Made by a program: the position numbers and the translations under genes
Source: Mytilus edulis
Lineage: Eukaryota
Reading direction: 5' to 3'
Assembly: GCF_963676685.1 (NCBI RefSeq)
Contig: NC_092351.1
Coordinates: forward strand, 83,576,001-83,640,000
DNA: 64,000 nucleotides
Notes under the pieces: generated by a model
What the model saw: the letters and a program-made list of their open reading frames with translations, nothing else
Database searches by the model: none
What the model was told of the DNA's origin: nothing
Shown: positions 1-12,877 of the stretch, piece by piece
Position numbering within the stretch: the first letter of the stretch is position 1
Layout of the letters: each line of letters starts with the position of its first letter

Positions 1-2044
1 AAAACTTGTACTTTTAATGGGGTGTGGAGTGACATGGCAACAGAAAAAAAAAACAGTAATAAAAGACAGCAAGGGAAACGGAGGCATTGTTGGTATTACA
101 AGAAAAAAGTCTGCACTAATCAGGTGGAATCTAACAAGGCATATTGTAGGATATTTCACCGCAGAGATGAAAGCAAGATCCGGACTACTTCATGAAGATG
201 ATGTCAAACACGACGAAAGTGGACTATCTTCCATGAAAAGAGATGAGCAACAAGTGCAGGATTTAATTAGACATATGAAGGATAAAATGATTATCCCTTT
301 TTACACTAAAGATCACCCTCGTGAATTAATCAATGTATCAACTGGCTTGTATGCAACAAAAGAAGTTCAAGACGGTTTACTTAAAGCAGTTAACACTGGC
401 ACTTGAAAAATGGAGTTTCTATGATCCAATTCAACGATCAAACATAAATACTTTTACTGACATGAACAAAAAGACAAAACTGAAGTGCAGATCAGGTGAT
501 ATAAATAAGGGAAACATCAACCCAGAACTTATTTCTAGACGTGCTCTAGCCTTAACAAAGTGCAGAGATGATGTAACCGTCGAAAACTGTTGTATTTCCC
601 TATTGGACCAATTCCGACTTCTCTGTTCCATGATGATGGTACCATGAGAAAATGTACAAAGACTGATCTCACTCATGAACTTGAAAATGAGATATGTTCA
701 TCTTTTGCTCTTCCTCCATTTGACATTTCCCTCACAGCCTTAATAAGAGATGGTATGGGTGTGATTCAATCAAGTTTGGTGAGCTAGGTATGTTTAACAT
801 TCAACAACAAACTCTATATTTTTCGACAGCAGCAACTATTACAGACGTATTCGATAGTTATGATGTCGAAAATTCAATTAAATCTGTTGAAAGAGAACGA
901 AGGTCTTTAACGTCTGCATGCAATCGAATTTATCAGGTAAAAGAGGGTAGCAGTATCCCTGACTGGAAAAAGTTTCTTTCAAACAGCAAAAACAAGCCAG
1001 CCCTCATCACTTTCCATGGAGAATTTACAACACAATTTTACAGCAAAAAAAAATGCCATAATTGATGGACGTATTTTATATCTGGCCGGGGCATTCCATA
1101 ATCCTGAGGCAGTTAAAAAGATCTGCAACAGCACAATAAGTAATTGTTTGTGTTTGTTCAGCACACAAGAAGAAGCAGATACCCGTATCATATTAAATGC
1201 CCTACATGCTGAAAAGCAGTTCGGGAATTCTAATGTAAGGGGTAGAATAGTTAAACGGTGTTCAGATACAGACGTTTCAGTTCTTTGTGTCCATTATGTT
1301 CATCATCTGCAACACACGGATCAGCAATGGTTTCTTATGAGAACAGTAACGAGCGGAAAGGATGGTAGGCGATATATCCCAGTGCATGATTTATGCAGTT
1401 TCCTGTCGAATATCACTTGTACAATTTTGCCATCAGCCCATGCTTTAACTGGTTGTGAAACAACATCTTCTTTTTTGGGATAGGGAAAAAATCGGTGTAT
1501 AACATCGTCAGAAGATCTATCAGATTTGATGCAGCTTGCTCAATCAGATCTTGATGTTTCAATAAAAGCCTTGAGAAAACTTGTTCCAAGATTATATGAT
1601 CCTAAGGGAAAGTATAAATCTTGTCAAAATGATTTAAATAAATTGCGTGTCAGACTGGCGACCAGCAAAGACTCTGCTCTTGCTCGCCTTCCACCAGGCG
1701 AAGCGTCTTTTAAGCAACATGTCGTGAGAGCGTGCATTCAGGCAAAAGTATGGATGACCTCACACAAAGCAAACCCCCTAATAGGTTCTCCGTATGACTT
1801 TAATTGGCAAAAAGGCAGCAACGGTCCAACGCCAACTATATTTACTGGTAAGATGTCATCCGACTTTCTACAAGATTTGGTCTGTTTCTGCAAAGGTAAA
1901 TCAATATGAAGTAGATCTTGTGTCTGCTTTGAGCAAACCCTCTGCTGCACTGAGTTATGCCCCTGCCAAGGAAGTGATCTTTGTAAAAACATGTTGACAA
2001 ATGGACCAAGTCTGGACGATGAGAATGATGTGATTACAAATTAA
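1..2044 (+). pseudogene. Decayed AcademX DNA-transposon ORF (C-terminal part: XPG/FEN1-like PIN nuclease + Cys-rich CXC-type zinc finger)
   Basis: ORF pieces in shifting frames (17-406, 333-647, 590-787, 790-1065, 1016-1483, 1526-1909) carry QEEADTRIIL, SDTDV and HALTGCETTSSF (XPG-type motifs). Reading through TGA 1907-1909 gives CFCKGKSI*SRSCVCFEQTLCCTELCPCQGSDLCKN ending TAA 2042-2044. XPG plus a Cys-rich finger is the AcademX architecture. Many frameshifts and stops. Confidence 0.8.
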
Positions 2045-3168
2045 AATACAGCTCTGATATCCCGACACCCCAATATTTCTACACCTAAATAGCCCATCAC
2101 CTAAATAATCAGACATCCCATTGGTCTAACACCCCATTTGTCCCTCACCCAAAAAGTCCGAACTCTCTATCATTTATAGGATAGCGGAATTCTTTTAAAA
2201 AGTATATATTTTAAGAAATCCAAATAAAAGGTTCAATTTTAGGATGACCTTGTTCTCGTTTGAACATGCGATGCAAGTAATGAAAATAAGTTGGTATATC
2301 AGTGCCAAAGTAGCCGAACGTCAAGTGTTGTTTAATCAATTCGATATTTCAAGATACACGGCGGATTATTTATATCAAATTTGCAGTAAATATGTTTGTA
2401 AATACGTGCAATCAGTTGATATGGAGATCTTATAAGATTTAAATAATGCAAGGGCGACTACCGATGAATTTGTGCAATTAATAGTTGACGTTCTAAGACT
2501 CCGAGAGAAAACGTTACGTAACATACGTTACCATTAAAATCGACCAAAGTTAATTAAGGAAGCTGGCTTGTCATGTTTTAGATGTTTTGTCTGATTTTCG
2601 GAATCCTCTGGTTTTATCCATTTGAATGCCTTGAAAGCATTCTGCCCGGTGACCCCCATTTTTCTTTTTGTAAATCTTTTACATGTATAATGATAAGCCA
2701 TCTGTAAAAGTCTTATAAAATATTAATTACTTTTTAACAGTTTTTGAGAACTTTAACTTGCCAATGGAAAGTCAAGAGAGAATCTTTTCCCGCCAAAATT
2801 TCAATTGCTAATATCTCGAAAACAAGCACTGTGACCTATTTATTTTTTTTGCTCTTTGGATTCCTTTATTAATTCCCTTTCTATATAAACGAATATTTAA
2901 AAAAGTTAATTACTTATAGTATTGTTTTGTTTTTGCAGTTGTTTTAACTCGATTTTTCTACTGCAAGTATCCAAAGAATTGAAACTGCACCCATGACCTT
3001 TGATCCAGATTTAAAATAAAATTGCATTATAATTTCTTTTCACGACCGGGATATTTGGAAAGTACACATTCTTAGCTTTCCATTGATATATAATTGAGCC
3101 GTGTGTTAGGTAGGTGCATTAAAAATGTATATTTGGCTCTCATATCACTCGCCTATATTCACGAACTA
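1..3168 (+). mobile_element. Right part of Academ element; candidate right terminus ...CACTCGCCTATATTCACGAACTA
   Basis: Follows the Academ ORF and ends in CTA (TAG...CTA-type terminus). The left end is outside the window, so the TIR and TSD cannot be checked. Confidence 0.4.
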
Positions 3169-4224
3169 CCAATATATAAATACCTCTTTAGCTGAGTCTG
3201 TACGCTAAAAGATACGTTAACTAAGTTCATTTATTTTGTTTTCGAAGATTTTTCCTAGGGGATTATAAAATGTTGAAAATAAATATCCCGGACTGATAAA
3301 ATTTGGGATGAACAATTTATACTATGCATAATCATCAGATACTCCTGAAGCGGTGAAAATATATGTGGTGTCTGGTCAAATTCTTTTTTTCAAAATTTTC
3401 TACGTTTTTTCTGACATTTAATTTAAAGTTGTGTGATAATGATTCCTAATAATGTAGCTTCAATATAAGGCTGATAAAGATCCTCAGATAGCTTTAGGTT
3501 GTCGTTTTATTATGTGATACATATTTGTTTTTCGTTATTTTTTTTTCATCAATAATGCCATTAGTTTTCTCGTCTGAATTGTTTTACATTGTCATTCCAG
3601 GACCTTTTGTAGCTAAATATACGGTATTGGGTTTCCTCGTTGTTGAAGGCCGGACGGTGGCGTATAGTTGTTAATTTCTGTGTCATTTGGTATCTTGTTG
3701 ATGGTTCTCTTATTGGCAATCATAGCACAAGTATATCTTCCTTTTATATTATATCATTCCAAATTGTCAGCATTTGACTTAGTAGTACATGTTTAAAGAA
3801 GCATGTGACGGTTCAATCTTGTAAAAGGACATATATTCTTCAACTATTCATTTGTTTTTAGTAGAACAAAGTTGTCTAACAATTAAGCTGAAACAAAATT
3901 GTATTTCGAAATAATCGTGTTTTTTTTACAGAGCGAATATTCTTTTTACTGCTTGGGGAATATATACAGTTTTGCTTCGGGGGTACCTGATCGGTTGGTG
4001 TACTAGAAGAAAATGAAAATTCTGCATCATAAAATGAGGGCTATATATATAATTGTGTACAAAAATGAAAAAAAAGCATGCGTAGTTTCAGATGAAAAAC
4101 AATACTAGTATTCAGTTATCAACATTTTTTTTTTAAATCTGTCTGTCCCGTTTTTATCCTGTCCGTTTTATCATGTATATCTTTTATGTATGATATATAT
4201 TTTATATAGTCATTTTTTTATAAA

Positions 4225-4790
4225 CTTTACTGTTTTCAAATGTATGAATTATTCTACACAAATAAGGATGTTCTTATCATAGACAGAAAAACTCTAGCCG
4301 TATTCGGCACAACTTTTGTGAACTTTAGGTCCTCATTGCTCTTAAACTTTGTACTTGTTTTGGCTTTCGAATCTTTTGCATCTACGCGTCACTGGTTAGT
4401 CTAATGTGAACGAAACGCACGTTTGGCGTATTACATTTTTAAAATGGTACCTTTTGTTAGCTATTATGAGTGTGTTTCTCTCTCCTATATGTTCTCCCAT
4501 TTAATATTAAATTTAACATTGCCATAAAAGCGGGAGTTTTGGCATGCCACAAAACAAGGATCAACCTACCATTTTTTTCTTAAAATGTCCTGTACCAAGT
4601 CAGTAAAATGGCCATTGTTATATTATAGTTTGTTTCTGTGTGTTTTACATTTTAATGTTGTGTTTCTGTCGTTGTTCTCTTATATTTGATGCGATTTCCT
4701 CTGTTTTAGTTTGTAACCCGGATTTGTTTTTTCTCTATCGATTTATGAGTTTCGAACAGCGGTGTACTACTGTTGCCTTTTTGTATCAGG
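4225..4790 (+). mobile_element. Composite dispersed repeat: degenerate hammerhead (4385-4430) followed by twister-like motif (4521-4612)
   Basis: GCGTCA-CTGGTTAG-TCTAATGTGAAC-GAAA-CGCACGTTTGGCGT is a decayed copy of the hammerhead seen elsewhere in the window. Downstream GCCAT...ATGGC encloses GGGAG..TTGG and CCT-GT-ACC-AA-GT-CAG. Confidence 0.55.
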
Positions 4791-5983
4791 AATTTAATCG
4801 CATATTCAATACAACCCGGACAATTTATATTAATACATGGATTGTAAAACTCGTTTTAACAGCAAATCATTTGACCAGAAAAAATGGATCGTGCATGACT
4901 TTTCATTAAGATGTTGAAGGGACAAAATCTATTTATGTTCGTAATTGATCTGCTATTTTTATTTCTATTTAAAGATCAACTCGTTTTTTAAGTAACTGTA
5001 CAGATTTAACTTTGCACTGAGCATGCACAATAAAACATGTTAATGATGCTTTCTCGAATAACCCATTTTATCAATTCGAATCGACCAATGTGTTCCCATT
5101 AATAATTTTACATATATGAACATCAAATGATCCAGTATACAGTTGTTATAAGAAATCTGACAGAAAATACGCATTGACATGATGCAGAACTTTAACGAAC
5201 GAATATGTCTATTCTGAAGACTGATATGTTTACAGCGCTCATATCGTAATTCAGTACTTTTTTCAGTCCTTATATGCTTAAACGAAGATTGTTTATTGAA
5301 ATAAAAGGATTTTTTTGCATATAAATATATGTGTTAAATATTTATACATTTTGTTAAAACATTCATTATGTACACTGAACATGTCCTGTTAGGATAGTTA
5401 ATAATTATTATATACATTTCAATACTGCAAGTGTCCTAAAGAGATGGTATGTGCTTCGTCGCATATTTGAATAACTGTGTTCATGAATTATACTTCTGTA
5501 TGTCTGTTTGTTTTTAATATACATGTACACAAAAAAATATAAATAGAAGAACTTTATTATATGCGTAATAAGTCTGTCAATTTTAGAATTACATACATTC
5601 ATATAGTCAGCTTACACATTTTTTACCAACAGGATTCTATAACGAAACAATACTTTTACATTCAAACATGTTTTAATTTAACAAAAAATGTACGGTGTTT
5701 AATCTCACAGTTCAAATTAAAGATAAATAAATAGTGTGTCACTAACATATTTGGTTTTAATTCAAACAGATTATTTCAAACAAATAGTGTTATCTTATAC
5801 AGTGAATACGAAGGTTAACATGCACCTCATATGATAAATCATATTGCAGGTGACAACGCAACACTGTCTATCTGATAAAAAAAGATCAATTTTATATATT
5901 GGATAGATTAATACTTGTATCCACGTATTTGATATTTGAAAAGAAAAATTTTAAGAAGCAAAAATATCTGTACTACAGTGAAA

Positions 5984-8900
5984 ATGGCACAAACTTATAA
6001 CGTTTTGATGTTTATATTCTTATTCAGCAGTTTAGATGTCCTTCTAATTCGTAACACATCGGCATTTCTTATTGATGTTAGTGCTAATAATCATCAGGTT
6101 ACAAAAGATCCGCCATCTACACAACAAGCACAAAGGGATATTTCATTCCAAAGAGATATGAACCTGCTGAAACAAGAAGTGGAAATCTTAAAACAATCTC
6201 ATCCAAATTATCCGTCTGAAGAAATATCTCAAATGAAAAGTGTTATAATGAGTTTAAAAGAAACAATGCGTGAATTAAACGGAGAGGTACAAAGTTTACA
6301 AGTTGCAAAAGTAAATTTGATTGAGGAATTAAAGCAAGTCCGGAAGGAAATGTACAGGACCGAAAATAGAACTGCCGAACTAGCACTCGAATGCACTTCA
6401 TTTCTGAAAGACTTAAGTCACCTAACAACTAATCAAAACAAGAAACTTGAAAACAGTTTAGACATTCTTAAAAAGTCAGTTGCAGGCAACATCAGTTCAC
6501 TAAACCAGAAGATTTCTCATACAGACGCCCAGCTTAAATTGATATCGTTTACAACAAACTCGTGCTGCCAGAATGTCAAAGTATTACTGAATAAAACCCA
6601 TCTTTTAACTTCACATCCATCGACAACAATGACATTTACGACACCCACTACTGGAAAAGTCAACAACGCAATGATCGGGAGTTCTGTGTTTGAAGTACAA
6701 ACTACAATTTCTTCGACAAAACCCAGCGATATTAGGCGAACCGTTATTTTCTTTCAAAAATACGCTGTGTCTGGCCAATACTTGTTTATAAGAGGAGGAA
6801 TAGATGAACGTCACAGTTCAGGTATGTTGCTTACCTGTAGTATTTATAACCAGAGTGTCATGTTATTTATAGAAACTGTTGTATCGTCGTGCTACAAAAT
6901 ATATAGTTCTCCATGTGGTTTTGTTTAACATTTTTTCGCCATTTCGTGTTAGCATTGATATAATATTTCTTAAAACCTTCATTTCGGTGATTGATATACA
7001 ATATCAGAGCTTAGACAACTTTTGTGATGTAGTTTTAGTATTTAGTAAAGGGGCTAGGGTCCTCAAATAAATGTTCACTGATATGACTCAAATTCTTCTA
7101 TTTGATTTGTAACATACTTAAACGTATATCCAAATTATAAAAAGTCTAAAATAAGCAATTAACAAGGCTAGTGCATGATAATATGTATTTTCGTTTCGAG
7201 TGTATTTTAGTCTAGACTCCATCAAATGAACTATTGAATTGATATTAACATAAATATAGATATAAATAGATAGATAGTACTGCAATTATTTACTTCTAGG
7301 CACGTACGTTTAATGATAGATTAATCCATTTTTAGCTAAGGGGTTAAATTGAAAGTCACATGCATAGGAATTGAATGAGATCGAATTATTGAGACTTGCA
7401 TGTGAATAATTCGTCATAATTTTTACTTTGCTTATTTTGATAAAATTGAATCAAAACCGCTCTAAAAAGAGAATTTTTATATCACTATTTTCCACTTTCA
7501 TTCATGATTGAACAAAAAACATAGTTTTATATATGTATATCTCGTAGCGAGTGCTTATTCAAAACATAAGCTGCTTTTCAGGTTTATGTGCACTTTTTCC
7601 TGCGTGCTTCTGTGTTATTTATTTATTCTGTAGTTTCTTTAATTATTTTTCATACCTTTGAAAATGTTTTAATTATTTGAATTTTTTGCACAGTTCCTCT
7701 ATTCACCATTTGTTTTGCTATTCATGCTATTGTTCTCTGTTCTATAAACACCACCCAGATGTGTTTGTGTTCATATATTGTGCTGTTACAAACTGTTCCT
7801 ATATTATAAGGAGTGTTATCTATTGTGAACATATTCAATTATGCAATATACTGCTTGGGATTGTCCCAAACAAGACGACTGCAATGCAAATTAAGTGTTT
7901 CTCATATTTGGTTTTAGTTTCATGAAATTTAATTTTCCCGTTAGAATTCTTTTGCATGTTAAAGCCTTGTTTGGCTTGCTTTGCGGTTAGGGCTTTTCGC
8001 ATTATTGACATATCCTGATTTATATTTGCTAACTTCGATTTTTTTTGTTTATAGCTCTTCATATTTTTATTAAGCTTTGGATTTTCAAATATTTGGTCTC
8101 GGGCATCAATGAAGAGACATTGATTGTGCAGATAAATTGGGACCGTTTATATCACTAACATTTTTTTCAAATCCTATCCAGCAGATAATTTATGTTTGCT
8201 TTGAGAATATTTATCATTTAAAAAAAAATAATTTCAAGGATCAGAACCAATTGGTGATCTACTTCAACTACTTTTTGAAAACAAAATTGAAGATCATTTG
8301 AGATAATTTGAGATGTTTAGGGATTTAATTTACATTTTTTATGAGAAAAATTAAATTATCGTTAGTCATCATGTCATTTGTGATATTTTTGTATTATAAT
8401 AGTTCATCATAGTGTTTGCATTTTTAAATTATGCCTCAAAGTTGTAGCCAGTAAATGAAGAAAATTTCCTTTACTATATGTTTTGAATATAAATGTTAGA
8501 TTCATTGTTCTTTAGTTCATGTATTTTTCATTTAATTGTTGTACATAAACAGTGTCAGAAGAGCAACAGAAACAGGTGAAATTGCTGTATATTTTTATGT
8601 ATGCATAAAAGCAGATTTGATAGAAAAATATGACTAAAATTGTATATGGTTGTTTTCAGTATGTCTGTCATTAAAAATAATGATTTTAATGCATGGGAAC
8701 TATTTTTTTAACTAAAAAAAAAAACAAGTTTATTTTAACAAATTCAATATAAACTTAGGGTATTTTGTCCAAAAAAACTACAATTATGATAAAAAAACAA
8801 AACAAATCAACACTTAAATGGAAGAAAGTATCCATTTTCTTATTTTCTTCTATATTTCATTTATATTCTTTCGACTGTTGTTTATGGTAAGTAGTTATCA

Positions 8901-11604
8901 AAGGTACCAGGATTATAATTTAGAACGCCAGACGCGCGTTTCGTCTACATAAGACTCATCAGTGACGCTCATATCAAAATATTTATAAAGCCAAACAAGT
9001 ACGAAGTTGAAGAGCATTGAGGATCCAAAGTTCCAAAAAGTTGTGCCAAATACGGCTAAGGTAATATAAGGTAAGTGTCAGGAGTGCAACAAAATCAGGA
9101 AAGCAGGGTGTTCATATATCTTTTTTTTTATATTTGAATATTTTTTTTGGTTTGTTTGCCATCTAAAAAGATTACTCTTACACGAAAAGTAATGTATCTT
9201 AATTTGATCTTAAAAACTTTTTGAACCAGCCTCATAAAAAATGAGGGGGAAAAAGACAAAAAAATAATAATTAATAAAAAAAAGTGTAGTACAAAATGTT
9301 TTATGCCTGAAAATAATAACTTTAGTCCCAGTGATTAATTGCACTGTAAAAAACTGTCAATTTCTGTTTTGAATTCTTTTCAAAAAATATAATGCAATGT
9401 TTTCATGTTATAGTTTTCTTTTTTTTATATCCTGTTAATAAAAATGCTGAAACTTTTTTAATTATTTCTTGATTGTATTGTTCTCTTCGATTTACGAACT
9501 TCAATGAACAAACAATCTAAAATTACCGACGAAAAACTATTTCAACTTGGTTGAAAATTGACCAAAAAATTCAGTTTGTGCCTCATTCATTTTGAATTCA
9601 CGCATATCTTATTTTTATAACTCAGATAATGAGTTGTCGGAAGAGTTTAAACATTTCTTTTATTTGTAGATATTGGTATGCTGATAATTTCTCCTTATTT
9701 AACTTTGTTGTCTATCTATAATAGTTTTCAAAATGATAGACATGAATGAAAACATATTTAACATTTAAAGAGAAATAACTCATATAAGAAGGCGCATGCC
9801 ACTTAATTCGTAAAAACAACAGGTAGATCTGAACATTCTGATAATTTCTGTTTCGTCATGTTATCTCTATCCATAGCGGTTTTCTAGATGATCAACAAAA
9901 CTTGCATTCTACCTCTTTTGTTCAAGTCCTAGCAATGTCAGCTACAAAATGAATTCTGGAAAAAATGTTGAATGTTTAAAACGAATGTTGAAAGTTAAAC
10001 ACGAATGTTGAAAGTTGAACACGAATGTTGAAGGATGAACTCGAATGTTGAAAGTTGAACACAAATATTGAAGGTTGAACACAAATGTTGAAAGTTGAAC
10101 ACGAATGTTGAAGGTTGAACACGAATGTTGAAAGTTGAACACGACAGTGAGAGTTGATCACGAATGTTGAAAGTTGAACACGAATGTTGAAAGTTGAATA
10201 CGAATGTTGAAAGTTGAACACGAACGTTGAAAGATGAACACAAATGTTGAAAGTGTGTATGTTGACAGGTACATTGGATCATCGGATCATATTTTAAAAC
10301 TAGATTCCGCAATAATGGTTGTAGTCAAGTCTAATTAAATTTCAGAAAAAAAAAATAACGACGAAGACGACGGACGGAAGATGCAGGATGACAAGTGATG
10401 ATAACTGCTCAGTTGGCTTTTCGGCTAAATGAGTTCAACTCAGTTTATATAGATTCGAAATAAGAGACATTTTCAGTTATTATAGTCGTTTAAAGATAAT
10501 ATTTTTTCAGGTTGTAGAGGTATGTCAGTGGCATCAATGAGTAATTGTTCCATACCAATACAAAGCATCAATCTTGGATCAAGCGGACAGTATGACGCGT
10601 ATAATGCATGGCGAAATGGAGACAAGTTATTGGATTGGTTTGGACCGGAGCCTGGTCAAGGTACATTTCAAGGAGAACGGGCCTTTGGTACGCCGGCTGT
10701 CTGGACGACTAACAACCCAAGTGATGGTAGATACAACAAACTCAATACGTAAGACTTTTTAAAAAAACCCACCTCTATATCAATGTTCACATAAACATTT
10801 TGAGTGTAGGGGATCGGTTCATTCACGTGCTGATTTCGAATGATAGGTTCAGTCTGCTACAATTAGAAATAAGGACAACGACTGACCGGTTTTGAATCAG
10901 GAAAATGTGTCAACGTAGGGTGACTTGTTTTCGAGTTAAAAATGCTTTATGATTTTTTGTTGGAAAGCGGATAAAATTCTGATGACTGGGCTATGAATAT
11001 TTCTTTAACAGGAATTTTCTTTTGCTTTTTTGATAAATTGTCAATACTTATACAAAATCAAAGGTTTTATGACGCGTTTAATTCATGGCGAATTAAAGAA
11101 CCTGGTCATGGTATATTCATAAGAAACAAATAATTCTTATCCACGAAATCAACGAAATTAAATCTTTAACGAAAATTGATGCTTTTACGATAGTGATATG
11201 GTGTATTGTTCTAATAATTATATACGATTTCAAATATAGATGATATTGAAAACTGAACACTCAATGCAATATGAGGACTGATTTGAATTTGTAAAGATTG
11301 TGTAACTTAAAATGTGTAATACTCTATGATTTATGTGTTTTATCGTTTTTACAGATTTGGCGAACATTATTGGTTAGTGAACATTGAAATGGATTGTTCT
11401 AAGACAATTAGTGGTTGGTTCGAAGTAAAAGCTTATATTGGCTCTAATGATAATTTTAACTGGGAAGATAACATACTTCAACATAATTCTTGCTTCGGAA
11501 CCGAAAGAACTCCGTATGCAAATGTTTATCACTGGGCTAAATGTGGAATGATGAACGTTTTTCATTTTAATCAAGTGGCATGTGAAACGTATATAATAAA
11601 TTAG
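5984..11604 (+). CDS. Secreted coiled-coil protein ending in the alpha-amylase C-terminal (putative carbohydrate-binding) module; exons 5984-6821, 10511-10748, 11355-11604; 441 aa
   Basis: ATG 5984, hydrophobic N-terminus, heptad-rich middle, T/S-rich linker. Motifs RTVIFFQK..GQYLFIRGGID, CSIPI, WRNGDKLLDWFG.E.GQG, GTPAVWTTN, LNTFGEHYWLVNIEMDCSKT..GWFEVKAY, WE..I.Q, HWAKCG..NVF.FN follow the order recalled for the P. haloplanktis amylase C-terminal domain. GT-AG introns have matching phases (1 and 2). Stop TAG 11602-11604. Confidence 0.9.
8893..9069 (-). ncRNA. Retrozyme fragment with intact minimal type I hammerhead ribozyme (8925-8968) in intron 1
   Basis: Minus strand reads GCGUCA-CUGAUGA-GUC(UUAUGUA)GAC-GAAA-C(GCGC)G-UC^UGGCGU with all core nucleotides present. 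Flanked by a GGTAAGT direct repeat (8886-8892, 9070-9076), a possible TSD. Confidence 0.85.
9965..10255. repeat. 20-bp tandem array (AATGTTGAAAGTTGAACACG)n, ~14 units, inside a probable Helentron-type HINE (end near 10440)
   Basis: Units are directly visible. Nearby GACG-rich tract and GCTCA...TGAGT hairpin at ~10360-10440 resemble a reversed HINE 5' end. Confidence 0.8.
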
Positions 11605-12351
11605 TCTTTTATTACAATTTATTATCTTATTTTGAATCAAATGGAACAGCTTCGATGTAACAATGATTTCAAACCCCTGTAAGCGTCTGATTAAATATGA
11701 TGTTACAGACATGATTTACGAAGCTTAATCTATGGTTTCCTGAGTCATACTTTGTTTATTGTCTTCTTGTCGCCATACATACAGTGATCGTGTTGTCTGT
11801 CATTTTAAACAGATGATTTATATGATTATGTTTTATGTTTGTTTCCTTTATAAGGTAAATATACTAAAAGTCTGCAGTTATTGATTTCATTTACACTTAA
11901 AAAGTCAAAAGAGGTCATCAAGTTACCATGCTTATATTTTAATACGTCTAACGCGCGTTTCGTCTACATAATTCCGGCGTCTCACATGTGCGTGAAGACC
12001 AACGTGCACCAGACGTACATTGAAAATTGAACGTATACGTCAAGACGAACGCTAAGCAATCGTTAGACGCGCGTTGCATAAGTTTGAAGTACGTTGAAAT
12101 GCAATGGTATACGCTTTCTTTATGAAAACTTTAACTCAAGGACAATTTTATGCAGCATACACATTTTAATCTAGCACTAGCCTTTGTTAAGCGTATACCT
12201 GTTCGCTACACGCACGTAATACATACGTGACAAGCACGTTGAAAAATGCTATAGATATGTTTAAGACACGTTTAATGCACTTTATATACACATCAAGATC
12301 GTTCGACTTTTACTTGGACTTTTACTTATACGTATGTGGGGCGTGTTTGTA

Positions 12352-12695
12352 AAAGAAGGACGAAAGATACCAAAGGGACAGTCAAACTCATAAATCTAAA
12401 ACAAACTGACAACGCCATGGCTAAAAATGAAAAAGACAAACAGAAAAACAATAGTACACATGACACAACATAGAAAACTAAAGAATAAACAACACGAACC
12501 CCACCAAAAACTAGGGGTGATCTCAGGTGCTCCGGAAGGGTAAGCAGATCCTGCTCCACATGCGGCACCCGTCGTGTTGCTTATGTGATTACAAATCCGG
12601 TAAATAGTCTAATTCGGTAGGTCAAATTCATGAAAGGGAAGGGGATTGTAGTTACGACGTAAGGAACATATCCGATATCATTTGTGAAATGGTAA
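12352..12695 (-). mobile_element. Penelope-like (Naiad-type) retroelement 3' fragment
   Basis: Near-identical to 20429-20770 and 32885-33243, which follow the RT C-terminus LKSSLRKFYGRHHELVDRYGITVSQMISDMF. Confidence 0.7.
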
Positions 12696-12877
12696 CATAT
12701 GCCTGGCGTGGTTTCAGCGTTTCGTAATGCCGGCGTCACACATTGACGTATGGACAGACGTGCACCAGACGTACAGAGAAAATATGCGTTAAGGGCACGC
12801 AAGAGGAACGCTATGCAATGATTAGACATGCGTATCATCAGTTTAAAGTACGTCGAAATGCAAAGGTTAACGCTCAG

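Noticed and set aside
5936-6928. Single-exon 330-aa ORF as given in the track
   Set aside because: The true start is more likely ATG 5984, and homology continues via the splice donor at 6822; residues after HSSG are intron read-through.
9942-10312. ORFs with FNIRVQLSTFV repeats; CRISPR-like periodicity
   Set aside because: Translation of a 20-bp tandem repeat with no unique spacers, in eukaryotic intron context, with no cas genes.
12326-12568. Hydrophobic ORFs from the PLE 3' repeat (also 33010-33282, 20501-20695)
   Set aside because: Translations of a non-coding high-copy repeat tail.
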